The notes: generated by a model not told the origin, from the sequence alone. A stretch of 64,000 nucleotides of DNA from Octopus bimaculoides (GCF_001194135.2 NC_068986.1:65940648-66004647), one strand, 5' to 3'. Shown: positions 12,291-25,382, counted from the first letter of the stretch. Made by a program: numbers and translations.

Positions 12291-13469
12291 TATTTAATAC
12301 TAAAATGTCGGGAAACATCATAGCCTTTGAACTGAAATGTTATAGGATGGTATTTAGCATTCCAATATGTATCGGACTAACGAGAATGTTAAAAGACACA
12401 GAAAAATGGTGGAAGGGCTGCAAATCAACCACAAAATATTCTTTCAAAAGATGGAAAGTGAAGTGGTTTGGTCATCTAGCCTGGCACCATGTCACGTTTA
12501 ACTTGATCGGACATGCTCATGCAGGAAGAATCTTCCAAGAAAAGAAGCAATAAGAAAACCTCGATACAAGGTGCCAGTATCAAGAAATGGAACATGGAAG
12601 AATTTGAAAACGCAGGGCTCGTTAATGATCCACAAAGAGGGAGAAAGGCGCTGCGTTTTTTTTTTTCTGCGCACCTTCGTATTTTCAAGATTATGGATTT
12701 TGATTAATAACTAAATATGATTTTAGTATTCATTTGTAGATTCCTTGCCTCAGTTACTATTTTATGGCACAAATAACAAATATGTAGTGCCAACAAAATT
12801 TGGCCCCTTGATAAACCTTACTCACTACTACAAGCACTAGCATCCTCGTAGCTTCAAGAACAACTGCAAATCGCATTGTTGTTTTTGCTTGTAGGTAGCA
12901 AATGTGGGTTTGCTGAGACCCAGATTATCCTGAATCAATCTTTCTCTTAAGGAAACCTGTTTTTGGTCCTATTTTTAGAGGCAGAATTTCTTCAATGTAC
13001 AACAGCATCTGTTCGATGAGCAGACTAATAGCCACTTGCCCGAACCGTTTCGAATCAGGCGTTCGTTTCACTAAGAGTGACAGCTCTCACTTCTTCTGTG
13101 AGTACATATTTAGATGAAAATGGAGAACATGATTCTAAACTCAACATGTACTTGTGTAGCGAAGAATGAGAGCCAGGCGAGCGCACTTGCCTTTGGATGA
13201 TAGGGTATTCTTGGGTCTGTGGGACTCTCTAATTAACCCTTCGAAACTATCCCACCCTACCTCAATGGATAAATTTTCTGTTTGTTTCTTTATTTCATTT
13301 GATCGTTGTAAAGCCCTATTGTGTTACACTCCATTTGCTGTACTATCCCCAACGTCTTTGGATTGCACTGGATTGACAGAATTATTTCTTTACAATCTAA
13401 GTTCAAAATTCGCCGAAGACAACATTACTTTCATCCTCTTGAAATCAATAAAATAAAGAAACAGTCATG

Positions 13470-13950
13470 AATTGGACAATATAATCAGCCAAAGCCCTCA
13501 CATCAAAATATCTTGCCTTGTATGTAAATTAAGACAATTAATATGGGGCGGGGATTAACTGTATCTTCCGACTCTTCTGAGTCCAATTTCCGGTAATTGT
13601 TACTACCTATTTATCTTTTGTATGGCCAACAAATGGAGGGATATCGCGGCAAAAGGAAGAACCCTCTTTACGTATAAAGATAAGCTGAAGTAATCACTAA
13701 AATCTCTACAGTTTAACCTAACATCTTGGGAAAGTCATTGTCAAGATCGATGTGCATGGCGTAAAATGTGTCACAGTGCATCCAAACAATTTGAGTTGAA
13801 GGAAAAGAACAATAGAACTATATCCCGCAGTCAACGGACACACTTGCCCAATCCCAGTAAAAATCAAAATCATCAGTGTCCTCATTGGGATTTCATAGCA
13901 AAATTCATACCTGGACTGAAATTACATTCAAGCATCCACACAAATAGATG
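13470..13950 (+). mobile_element. RTE/BovB-like LINE 3' end
   Basis: YGQ..G.R..GRTLLRYKDKLK*SLK...SWESHCQDRCAWRKMC followed by a C2H2-like CPH.DF...GLKLH..IH. Confidence 0.7.
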
Positions 13951-14481
13951 CAGCTTCTTAGTATGTTTTTTTTTCTATTACTCTCTTCAAATTTAAGTCC
14001 TCTCCTTCAAACACTCATACGTCGAAACCGACGGGAGCGACCATCGTCATCTATCCATCTAGCTATCCACACACACACACACACACACACGCATATATAT
14101 ATATATATNNNNNNNNNNNNNNNNNNNNNNNNNNNNNNNNNNNNNNNNNNNNNNNNNNNNNNNNNNNNNNNNNNNNNNNNNNNNNNNNNNNNNNNNNNNT
14201 ATATCAGTCATCATCATTATTCTCTACATCGGCATTTAGATACCGCTTTGCCCTTCGTACTTACATATCCGTAAAAATGCTACCAGTCGAATATTAAGGT
14301 TCAATTTAACCAACTGTCCGCTCGCTAGTATGTATGGCTTTGTGACTACAGGAAAGAAATCGATGTTTTAAATGTTGCTGCCATTGTTTTCCTTCAGGCG
14401 GGAAAATGTCGAGGTTTCTAACTCACAAAGGAAGACATTGCTTAAAACTTTTACATTTACATCAAAAGGCGAAGAAGAAAC

Positions 14482-15030
14482 GTTGTTGTTGTTGTTGCTG
14501 TAGTCTTGTAGTTATTATTATAATTGTTATTGTCATTCCAATAGTTCTTCATTGTTGTTGCTGTTGTTGTTATATTATCGATATTGTTGTAAATGTTGCA
14601 ACCGTTGTTGTTGTTGTTGTTGTTGTTGTGGTTGTGGATGTTGTTGTTGTTGTTGTCAGCATCGTTGTTGCTTACTGTTTGATGTTTGATGTTTGATCTT
14701 TTATGATTATTTTTCTATTGTTTTATTTATCATGTTATTCTATTTTTCCGTTTAGTTTTGTAACGTTGCCATTTTATCAACACTTTCTCCTTATATAGCG
14801 ACATTGCATTATATAGCATCGAATACATCTAACACCAACAACAACAACAACAACAACAACAACACCATCAACAGTATCAACAGTAATTGTAAGAGCATCA
14901 TATGTACATCTAAAACCATCACTACAACCAACAGCAACAACGGATATTGCAATAGAATGAGACATAACTAGTACCAGCACCACCAACAGCAACAGCAGCA
15001 GCAATATCAGCAACAGCAGCAGCAACCGTC
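14482..15030. repeat. (GTT)-rich tract (14482-14700) and (AAC/CAG)-rich tract (14830-15030)
   Basis: Direct reading; the two tracts are in opposite orientation. Confidence 0.85.
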
Positions 15031-15373
15031 ATTGTAATATAGCCAGAACAGTAGTAACAGCGGTGATACGCAACACTCGCATATTGTCAATGATGCAGTG
15101 AAGTTTTCACTGCGGAAAACAAAAAAACCGTTGTTTGGTTAGTCCGTGTTATGGTCCATTACTTCGTTGTCATAACGACGACACTGCTTAGAGCAACAGG
15201 TTTAGTAACACATAACGTTGTGTAGTTTCCAAAGTTGGCTGAAGTTGACAAGGATACCATGGTAAACAGTGATAGTTGCTATTGCAGATTTGGTTGCTTG
15301 GTGGGTTGGTGTGGGTTACTACATCACTTTGAATCTTTTAAGAAAACCTTTTTTCTTTATCTGGAAACGTGTT

Positions 15374-15413
<40 letters not shown>

Positions 15414-15699
15414 TCGTCGTCGTCGTCGTCGTTGTTATTAACCCTGGCCACTTTAATTTTTGTTGTCACACATTTATCTATTACGTACTTTCTATATTTT
15501 TAAGGAGATGTTGGTTGCTATTTCTATAAAATTGAGCGACAACATAAGAGCTCTTATTGACTTGAGAAGAGACAAAATAATTGAGCTCTCGTGTGGACAC
15601 AAGTGAAAATATTGTTAAGTTAGCTACGGAAGCTAGACGAACTTTGACTAGTATTCTTGTTTACCTCCTATCAATTGCAAAGCTCAAGTGAGACCTACA

Positions 15700-16110
15700 A
15701 TGTAGTGTTACTATTATATCTGGGATGATGCTGTTACAACACTCACTAACATCTTATACCTATTCCAAAGATTGTCAGCAAATCGGTCGCTCTCCAACAA
15801 ACTCCAGCCTTGAGCCTACAGATATGATGTCTCCCCGAGTTCTCTCTCATTTCCATCGCTCCAGCAGTAGCCTCTACTTCTCGGAGCTGGCTAGTTTCGA
15901 GCTACTTCTACGCAGGTATTTCTGACGCGCTCGTTTCTCCGCATCCAGTCAACCATATTGAATCCACCACCAGGCCTTGCACTAACTACTTTTGTCAGCT
16001 CTTTCTCCAATGACTATCTTTCATTTTGATTACCCCGTCTGTCCTTGTTTTTCTTGCAATCATCGATTTACAACTGCTAAAAAGAAACATCAATCACAAC
16101 TATCTCCCCA
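15700..16110 (+). mobile_element. L2/CR1-group LINE 3' coding remnant
   Basis: Decayed SSLSLFYRY..CSSELA...TRFSASS.P...RTN...NSFF..LWN pattern. Confidence 0.55.
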
Positions 16111-16554
16111 GTCTGAGAGGGATTGCAGCGGTCACGGGTATCATTCCTTTCTCCAAACAAAACCATTAAATAATAAAGAAGCCAAATCTCCCTTAAATCA
16201 TCACTTATTATATTAAATAACGAATACGTTCTACAGTATAGTCTCTGATAAACACAAAAACATGATCGTCAGAGCTGGGGCATTTTTGATCATAGGTTTT
16301 CAGGGTCAGAACTGACCTGAGCTTGTTACTTGTCCAGAATGACGACAACTTATTGTCCTCATTCTAGACAAGAATACTTCAAATGTAATGGAGACGGCAG
16401 TTAACTACAACGTTCTCCAACATCTTGAATTTCTTTCTCGCCTTAGATGTCACTAGTACGGCTTCTTTAAATCAGTTCCACAGGAAAACCACTTTCTTAT
16501 GTCACCTACCAGTGGGTGGGTGGCATGTCTCTCGTTTTAGAGAAAATTGGTTAA

Positions 16555-16740
16555 AACATTGTTGTTGCCTTCAACATTGACAAAGTTTTCGGCCATGTCT
16601 GGCATGCGAATCTCCAACCAAAACTGCCTCACGGAAGGCACCATCCATCCCTCTTCTCTAGAATATTGCTCTCTCTCTCTTGTCGCACACTGTATTAGCC
16701 ATGGTGTGCGCCAGTGTTTGGGTTTGTCTTTCTCTCTATT
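16555..16740 (+). mobile_element. L2/CR1-group RT fragment
   Basis: IVVAFNIDKVFGHVWHANLQPKLP.G.HPSL is a decayed VALDISKAFDRVWH..LL.KL. Confidence 0.6.
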
Positions 16741-17077
16741 AACTATGATACTCTCATGGAATGTGACCAAATGAGGTTTATTTTTCAATATAGTTCCCCT
16801 TTCGGTCCACACACTTCTTCCGTCGGTGTTGCAGTGCTTGGATCCCATTGCCGAGGAAGCTTTCATCTTGTTGACCCCCAAAAGTCATCAACAACAGATA
16901 TGACGTCATCATCACTGCAATACTGGTTCCTAGCCCGGTGTCTTTTCATGCTGGGGAACAAATGATAGTCAGATGGGGCTAAATCAGGAACAGACACAAC
17001 ACAAAGACACACACACACACACAAAGATATGTGTGTGTTTGCGTGTGTGTATGTGTGTGTGCGTGCGTGTGCGCATG

Positions 17078-17134
<57 letters not shown>

Positions 17135-17590
17135 AAGTTGGTATGTGAAAGCACGTGGTTGGATGTATAAAAGACAAAAAAGAGTGAAAAAACTACAGAA
17201 GGCAGAACCGAGAAAAACATCGTAGATGTGCGTGCAGCTGCGAGAGTAAATCGTCGAACCATCATCCTTGAGTTATCAGAGGATGTGCTAATTAGTTCAG
17301 TTCTGTCCATTATCACTGAAAATTTGGGTATGAGACGCGTGTCTACCAAGTTTATGCCAAAACTGCTTTCAGCCGACCAAAAAACACTCGGGTTTCAGCT
17401 GCACAAGTTCTCCTTGATTGTGTCGAGAACAATGAAAACTTTTTGAAAACTTTGTGTAAGCCTCTGAGCAGGTATCGCCAAGCTTTTGGCAATATTTGAT
17501 ACAAATCCTCTGCTCAACTTTCTTTGTCATGGTCAATGCGACGATACACACAAAACAGTGCACACGCACAATATAGTTCAAGGTCAATCT
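16740..17590. mobile_element. Rearranged mariner fragments: C-terminus (-), middle (+), N-terminus (-)
   Basis: 16740-16990 (-) PDLAPSDYHLFPSMK; 17140-17450 (+) GMRRVSTKFMPKLLSADQK; 17450-17590 (-) MTKKVEQRICIKYCQKLGDTCSEA. Confidence 0.8.
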
Positions 17591-17840
17591 GTGCATGCGT
17601 GTGTGTGTGTGTGNNNNNNNNNNNNNNNNNNNNNNNNNNNNNNNNNNNNNNNNNNNNNNNNNNNNNNNNNNNNNNNNNNNNNNNNNNNNNNNNNNNNNNN
17701 NNNNNNNNNNNNNNNNNNNNNNNNNNNNNNNNNGTGGTTGCGAAGCGAGCTCCTTAACCACGCAACCATGACATCACTTATTAAGGATTAACATCCATGA
17801 ACCCCATCGATCTCTGAAGTTGCGAAGGCCATGGATACTT

Positions 17841-17958
17841 GCCTCTTTCTCCAGACCAAAGTAAAAAGAAAGGAGTGCGCCAACTTATCAAAAGAAATGA
17901 AGAATTCCACCCAAAGGGTTAAATATTGCGAGCTATTACAAAAGTAATAGAGCAGCAG

Positions 17959-18003
<45 letters not shown>

Positions 18004-19399
18004 TTACTACACTCTGAACTCTAGCGATTATATTCCATTATCTGATCGAGGTAACGAGTAAGGTCAGATATGAGATGAGAGATGTATGAGAGTATATAGA
18101 ATGTCAGATAAGGTAAGCGAGATGACTGGCGAGAGAAACATAGAGAGTGGGGAGTGATGAGGCGTTTCCCTATTGAATTCTCTCTTCTCTTCCCCCTTTC
18201 ATTGTCTCTCTCCTTCTCGCTTTCTCGCTCGCTTTTTTCGTTTAGTATATTGAAGGATAAAGAAAGGAAAATAATACGACACTTGTTGTTTAGCCCCCAA
18301 GGTCAACTTTAGTTGGGTAAACGTATGATCAAATATATTCAAACCATCATCAACTTGACTTCTATATTTCCAGTATATTTAAAATTGCATTATTCAACGT
18401 GACCTTCACTTGTTCAAGAGAATAGGATACTGATTTGAAAGAGATTTGGCTGCTATTTTTACTGGTTAAATTGATAGCATCCATAGAGCAGTACTTAACT
18501 TCGGTTTTTATTAAGACGAATAGGACCCTACCCATTGAATAGAATAGAGGAGAATGGAATAGGACCCTAGCAGAATAGGACCCTAACCATTGTTGGTAGA
18601 AGTTATTGATGTAGTGTTTTTTGTTTACCTCCGATTCAATCTTGATTGAGCAGATATATGACTTAAGGAACTCAAACCGCAAACGTTAGGTCTTACTTTT
18701 TCTTACCCAGTATACAAAGTGACAATACCATTGGCATATAATATAAAACAGTAGGATGTTATTTAATGGGTATTTAGCTGCTATTTCCAGCAGTTCCGGC
18801 ATTCTTGTCATCCCTTCCTCCACAGTTATCTTTTTACTTTTATCTTATACTTGCTTCAGTCATTTGACTGCGGCCATGCTAGGGCACCGCCTTGAAGAAT
18901 TTTCGTCGAATGAATCGACCCCAGTATTTATTTTTTAAAAGCCTGGTACTTATTCTTTCGGCTTTCTCTTTTGCCGAACCGCTATGTTACAGGAACGTGT
19001 ACACACAAACACTGGTTGCCAAGCAGTGGTGGGTGACACGCACAGACACAAAGACGCACGCGCGCGTGCACACACTCAAACACACATTCTAGCCTCTTTC
19101 TCCAGACCCAAGTAAAAAGAAAGGAGTGCGCCAACTTATCAAAAGAAATGAAAAATTTCACCCAAAGGGTTAAATATTGCGAGCTATTACAAAAGTAATG
19201 GAGCAGCAACTACTATTACTACAACTACCCTTTGAACTCTAGTGATTATATTCCATTATCTGATCGAAGTAACGAGTAAGGTCAGATATGAGATGAGAGA
19301 TGTATGAGAGTATATAGAATGTCAGATAAGATATGCGAGATGACTGGCGAGAGAAACATAGAGAGTGGGGAGTGATGAGGTGTTTCCCTATTGAATTCT
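17841..19399 (+). repeat. Direct duplication of ~310-340 bp (17841-18181 and 19092-19399)
   Basis: Near-identical from GCCTCTTTCTCCAGACC to CCCTATTGAATTCT; the copies differ mainly in (CTA)n length. Confidence 0.95.
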
Positions 19400-19510
19400 T
19401 CTTTATTGGGGACGTAAACGCACTGACATTGGTAGTCAAGCAGTGGTGGGTGACAAACACAGACACAAAGTCACACACACAGACACAAAGTCACACACAC
19501 ACACACACAC
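18835..19510 (-). mobile_element. SINE A 3' portion, interrupted by duplicate copy 2
   Basis: TTCAGTCATTTGACTGCGGCCATGCT tail; CAAGCAGTGGTGGGTGACA occurs both before and after the insert. Confidence 0.8.
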
Positions 19511-19514
19511 ACAT

Positions 19515-19650
19515 TATTATTTATCAGCCCCGAAAAGACGAAAGACCAAATCGATCTCGGTGGAATTTGAACACAGAACGTAAAGATGGACTAAATGCCG
19601 CTAATCATTTCACACGGCGTGTTAACGATTCTACTAGCTCGGCAATAACA
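19515..19650 (-). mobile_element. SINE B 5' half
   Basis: GGAATTTGAACACAGAACGTAAAGA...GTTAACGATTCTACTAGCTCG. Confidence 0.75.
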
Positions 19651-20001
19651 ATATGATCAATTAATCGATAAAAAATAATTCTTTTAAAAAAATGGAAAAC
19701 TTTTTTTCAAGTTTGTCGATTTCAAAACTAAGTAAATGAATTGAAAGTTTAAAAAATACCAAAAATGTTATGGAAATTATTTTTATATTCTTATTTTGTT
19801 TTATTTTCAAACCGTTTTTATTTTGCTTATAAATAACAAATGTATTGAAATAAAAACAACAGAGCAATACTTTTTATTAAAAGTTGAGCAATATATGAAG
19901 GTCGAGTGGGTGCGTTTTAATCTTCCAGTCAATGTTTCTTTACTAGTAAATAATAAAAGGTTTGAAGTTTAAAACTACACTCACACGCAGCACGCACGCA
20001 C

Positions 20002-20038
<37 letters not shown>

Positions 20039-20615
20039 CACACACACACAACCATACACAAACATGTGTCTGGGTATATTATATATTATATGATGTATGT
20101 TTTACATATATATATACGTGTGTGTATATACGTACACACACGTGTATATATATATATATATATANNNNNNNNNNNNNNNNNNNNNNNNNNNNNNNNNNNN
20201 NNNNNNNNNNNNNNNNNNNNNNNNNNNNNNNNNNNNNNNNNNNNNNNNNNNNNNNNNNNNNNNNNNNNNNNNNNNNNNNNNNNNNNNNNNNNNNNNNNNN
20301 NNNNNNNNNNNNNNNNNNNNNNNNNNNNNNNNNNNNNNNNNNNNNNNNNNNNNNNNNNNNNNNNNNNNNNNNNNNNNNNNNNNNNNNNNNNNNNGAGTAT
20401 AATATAAAGTAAAGTAAATATCATAAGATAAATATAATAAAAAGTTTACACGTGTTTCATAACTAATTTTCAAATAGAAAATTTATTTTACTTTATATTA
20501 TACTTATTTATTGTGCTTTTAATTATTAATTTTTCTATATGTGATAGTGGCTTTTCATCGATGAGTTCTTGAAACTTGGTTATTTTCCCTAAAACTATAT
20601 ATATATATATATATA

Positions 20616-20836
20616 CTCTTTTACTATTTTACTCTTTTACTTGTTTCAGTCATTTGACTGCGGCCATGCTGGAGCACCACCTTTAGCCGAGAAATTCGAC
20701 CCCGGGACTTATTCTTTGTAAGCTTAGTACTTATTTTATCGGTTTCTTTTTGCCGAACCACTAAGTGACGAGGACATAAACACACCACAACGTTTGTCAA
20801 GCAATCCTAGAGGGACAAACACAGACACATACACAT

Positions 20837-20879
<43 letters not shown>

Positions 20880-21035
20880 TACGACGGGCTTCTTTCAGTT
20901 TCCATCTACCAAATCCACCCACAAGGCTTTGGTTGGACCGAGGTTATAGTAGAAGACATTTGCCCAAGATGCCACGCAGTGGAACTGAACCCAGAGCCAT
21001 GGGGTTGGTAAGCAAGCTACATACCACACAGCCAT
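20616..21035 (-). mobile_element. SINE A, full length
   Basis: From tail CTCTTTTACTTGTTTCAGTCATTTGACTGCGGCC to head ACCACACAGCCAT, with the internal microsatellite. Confidence 0.9.
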
Positions 21036-21142
21036 ATATATATACGTATACACATACATACACACGCGCGCGCACACACATACATACACATACACAACCA
21101 CACACACATACATATGTACATTTATTTCTTTAAAATTACATC

Positions 21143-21186
<44 letters not shown>

Positions 21187-21377
21187 GCATGTATATACGT
21201 GTTTACATATACGTGCATATATATTTTATCTTTTACTTGTTCCAGTCATCTGATTGCGACTATGCTGACACACCACCATGTAGGGCTTTAATCGAACAAA
21301 TCGACCCCAGGACTTATTTTTAAAGCCTACTACTTATTCGTTCGTTCACTACTGCCGAACTGCTAAGTTACAGGGAC

Positions 21378-21620
21378 TTCCCTTAATGTTCGTATGTCTA
21401 TTTCCTTAGCTCGTTTAATGCCATCATTTATTAATAATACTGAGTAATGTCTTTTGATTAGTATTGATCTGAGTTCAAGGAGTCTTCGTTCACGAGTATT
21501 GGTGTCCGAAACTATGGTACAGATTCTGACATGAATTGAATAATAGGTATTGTTTAGAATCTGTGGCTTTATAGAAGAATCCAATATTTACATCCTATAC
21601 ATATGAATCCAATATTTAAA
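21378..21620 (-). mobile_element. Penelope-like element fragment (post-RT region)
   Basis: RICTIVSDTNTRERRLLEL..LIKRHY..LINDGIKRA aligns with the same region of the PLE at 51446..51694. Confidence 0.75.
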
Positions 21621-22284
21621 CCCCATTATTTATAGCTTTATTTATTTCCAGATTCACAGTTCCAAAACAGAATTATTATTGATAGGTTGCACATGAATGA
21701 TACTGTTATATCCATAAATAAAAATATATAGTACGTAAATGGTATACCCATATATATATATATANNNNNNNNNNNNNNNNNNNNNNNNNNNNNNNNNNNN
21801 NNNNNNNNNNNNNNNNNNNNNNNNNNNNNNNNNNNNNNNNNNNNNNNNNNNNNNNNNNNNNNNNNNNNNNNNNNNNNNNNNNNNNNNNNNNNNNNNNNNN
21901 NNNNNNNNNNNNNNNNNNNNNNNNNNNNNNNNNNNNNNNNNNNNNNNNNNNNNNNNNNNNNNNNNNNNNNNNNNNNNNNNNNNNNNNNNNNNNNNNNNNN
22001 NNNNNNNNNNNNNNNNNNNNNNNNNNNNNNNNNNNNNNNNNNNNNNNNNNNNNNNNNNNNNNNNNNNNNNNNNNNNNNNNNNNNNNNNNNNNNNNNNNNN
22101 NNNNNNNNNNNNNNNNNNNNNNNNNNNNNNNNNNNNNNNNNNNNNNNNNNNNNNNNNNNNNNNNNNNNNNNNNNNNNNNNNNNNNNNNNNNNNNNNNNNN
22201 NNNNNNNNNNNNNNNNNNNNNNNNNNNNNNNNNNNNNNNNNNNNNNNNNNNNNNNNNNNNNNNNNNNNNNNNNNNNNNNNNTAT

Positions 22285-22465
22285 TGACCGTTAGCTCCAA
22301 AAGATTTTTTATTCACTCTGTTTATTTCCTCTTGTGTCTTTCTATTGAAGAGCGTAGGCTCGAAACGTAAAAGACTTCCTCACCTTCCCGAGTGTTAAAC
22401 TAATGCACCTGCTAGCAGTTTATACACCTGTCATCGTGTTTTGGTTTTCTGTAAATTTCAACTAT
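22285..22465 (+). mobile_element. Penelope-like pLTR/3' UTR with a degenerate hammerhead; tail repeated at 23682-23746
   Basis: GTCTTT-CTATTGA-A-GAGC(GTAG)GCTC-GAAAC-GTA-AAAGAC at 22336-22375; shared tail TTTATACACCTGTC(A/C)TCGT...AAATTTCAACTA. Confidence 0.65.
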
Positions 22466-22559
22466 ACACACACACATATGCACGTACACACACACACATA
22501 CACACACGCACGCACACACACATACGCACGCACACACACATGCACGCACACACACACAC

Positions 22560-22595
<36 letters not shown>

Positions 22596-23206
22596 CAATT
22601 TTTTCTAATGTTCAGATTTTTTATATGCTAGGCCACTTCGTTTTAAATTGAATTAATAGTTCATTTATCACCCTATCTATCAATATATATATATATAGTA
22701 TAGTGCGTGTGTGTGTGCGTGTGCGAACAATAAAGCCAAAATGACAATCGTAAAGTCGATGCACAGAATTCCAAATAATTAATACGCATTAAAACGTTAG
22801 AAACAAAACCATATCGAGAGCAGATGCTTATCACTCATGCGTCGTAATCAATTAACTTACGAAGCTAACTAAAAACTCTGCTCAGACCAATCAAAAGAAC
22901 AGAAGAACTCGACCAGAACCCGGATCACAATAGAGGATAACACTAAAATAATGAGAACATAAGATATAAAAAGCTCACGACAAAAATCATATTCAAATAA
23001 ACAAATACAACCAATCATAGGCATTCCACTGCCAGCTGGCTATCGGAAATTCTTAGGGTTTCAAAACACGGGCAATATATTGTCATCCAAAGTGTCAACA
23101 TCATCAAAAATATTAATACTGAGGGAAAATAGCACATCCATATATAATAGATGCATGTGATTATACACATGCACACACACACACACACACACAGACACAC
23201 ACACAG

Positions 23207-23259
<53 letters not shown>

Positions 23260-23745
23260 NNNNNNNNNNNNNNNNNNNNNNNNNNNNNNNNNNNNNNNNN
23301 NNNNNNNNNNNNNNNNNNNNNNNNNNNNNNNNNNNNNNNNNNNNNNNNNNNNNNNNNNNNNNNNNNNNNNNNNNNNNNNNNNNNNNNNNNNNNNNNNNNN
23401 NNNNNNNNNNNNNNNNNNNNNNNNNNNNNNNNNNNNNNNNNNNNNNNNNNNNNNNNNNNNNNNNNNNNNNNNNNNNNNNNNNNNNNNNNNNNNNNNNNNN
23501 NNNNNNNNNNNNNNNNNNNNNNNNNNNNNNNNNNNNNNNNNNNNNNNNNNNNNNNNNNNNNNNNNNNNNNNNNNNNNNNNNNNNNNNNNNNNNNNNNNNN
23601 NNNNNNNNNNNNNNNNNNNNNNNNNNNNNNNNNNNNNNNNNNNNNNNNNNNNNNNNNNNNNNNNNNNNNNNNNNNNNNNNNTAATACACCTGCTTGGTGT
23701 TTATACACCTGTCCTCGTCTTTTGTTTTTCTATAAATTTCAACTA

Positions 23746-23783
<38 letters not shown>

Positions 23784-24238
23784 TAAAAAGTAAAAGAGTC
23801 AAAAGGAAGAGTAAGTACGGTTAGGCAGCTTTTTAATCACTTCAATGTCTGGATACATACAGATCCTCGTATATACAGGATTTAAAGTTAAGTATAAATT
23901 AAATTATGTAACGATTTACCTGTATAAGAAGATCTATATGTACCTCCTCAGACGATACTCAGTTGCTGTTTCCGTAAGTAAATCTAGATGTCCATGCTAC
24001 AACATCCATGGCTTCTTCTTTGAAACTAACAAACGCTGACGGCTTCAATTCGCTCTGTATGAGTGTGTTATCCCGTTCGACATCAGCTGCAATGTGCACG
24101 TTGTCTGTTTATTTATTCAGTTTCAACATGTTATTCTGCACATGCCAAACTGTACCATTACACAAAATATATTCATCCATTAGCTCATACTAATACAATC
24201 ACTTACACACTGATATACCATACATCACTGAGTGTTTC

Positions 24239-24335
<97 letters not shown>

Positions 24336-24609
24336 TCACACACAGACACGTACACACATATATAAGTAGATATATTCAGATGTACACATGCATACATATA
24401 CTCACCTACATATCAATAAACACATTCACATCTATACATAGACGCTTATACATTTATCTACTCATTTTCATGTACATAGTTATATCTACATAGTTATATC
24501 GTTCAATGCTCCATCATAAATACACTCCTATACATACGTGAAGGCGGTAAAAAAATGGGTTTAGCGAGATAGAATAATAATAATTATAATTTATACACTG
24601 TATCATCTG

Positions 24610-25165
24610 GAAAATGCATATTTGGCACGGTGGTTACATCTTGGAATTTTCTCATCATGTTTATTCACTAGATTTTCATTACTCAGTAGAATACTCAGAG
24701 CTTCCTCAAGGCAAAGGTCCCATTTGCCGGATAGTGAAGTACATGGATGTGCGTTTTTTTATTTTTGACCATTCTATTTGGTGTTTAATTTTTGATTCTT
24801 TCAGTCCCCATATGAGGTCTGCCAGTGAGGTCGTATGCCGTCTATTTATTTTTTGGAATGACTAGATGTGGTTTCGATAACGGACTTTGAATTGGTTTTC
24901 AGTTGCACCTATGTACACATAATTATGTCGAGATGTGTAGATTATGCATTTATAAAATACATTACTTTTTTTAGCGCATTGGTTCAGCAGCGGACATGCG
25001 GAGTTTTCTACGGCATGTGCAGTTAATCGTATTCCTATTATTCTTATGTTTATCTGGTGGCTTTTTAATTCTGTTTTCATGACGTTCTGTTTGATTTCTT
25101 GTACCCGAGGCTAATCGGTAATCTATTTTGTTGGATCTTTTTAGATGATATATTTCAACTATATT
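24610..25165 (-). mobile_element. Penelope-like GIY-YIG endonuclease C-terminus (tentatively Naiad-type), frameshifted
   Basis: CPLLNQC..NVFYKC...YIGATENQFKVRYRNH...TSLADLIWGLKE...LCLEE...VNK...RCNHRAKY. Confidence 0.8.
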
Positions 25166-25186
25166 GTCACTACACCATATGCCCGT

Positions 25187-25262
25187 GGGCATATGGTGTA
25201 GTGATTAAGAGCGTGGGCTACTAACCTCAAGATTCCGAGTTCGTTTCCAGGCAGTGACCTGA
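25187..25262 (+). mobile_element. tRNA-like (Pol III-type) head
   Basis: A-box TGGTGTAGTGA, anticodon-like loop CT-ACT-AA, B-box-like GAGTTCGTTTCC; first 18 nt duplicated in inverted form at 25167-25184. Confidence 0.7.
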
Positions 25263-25283
25263 ATAATAATAATAATAATAATA

Positions 25284-25320
<37 letters not shown>

Positions 25321-25382
25321 CAACAACAACGACATCGAAAAATATCTTAAGAATGAGAACCCAGGTTCGAAATTTCCCCAAG

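Larger units (their letters stand above)
8770..12660 (+). mobile_element. RTE-clade LINE remnant (APE plus RT) interrupted by a mariner and a SINE
   Basis: APE motifs (DWN.KIG, HSP.G, N.IDFI), EFAEAIRKLKRNKS, RT region up to a decayed NLRFADDIDL (reads NPHFVVYIDL, ~10520), resuming after 11855 to AFELKCYR and KWFGHL. Confidence 0.8.

Noticed and set aside
14397-14500. Strong acceptor TTTTCCTTCAG|G followed by an open frame (RENVEVSNSQRK...)
   Set aside because: No good donor before the frame runs into (GTT)n and a stop; no recognisable product
23945-24110. AG...GT-bounded minus-strand segment (NVHIAADVERDNTL...)
   Set aside because: All three frames contain a stop before the donor; no recognisable homology
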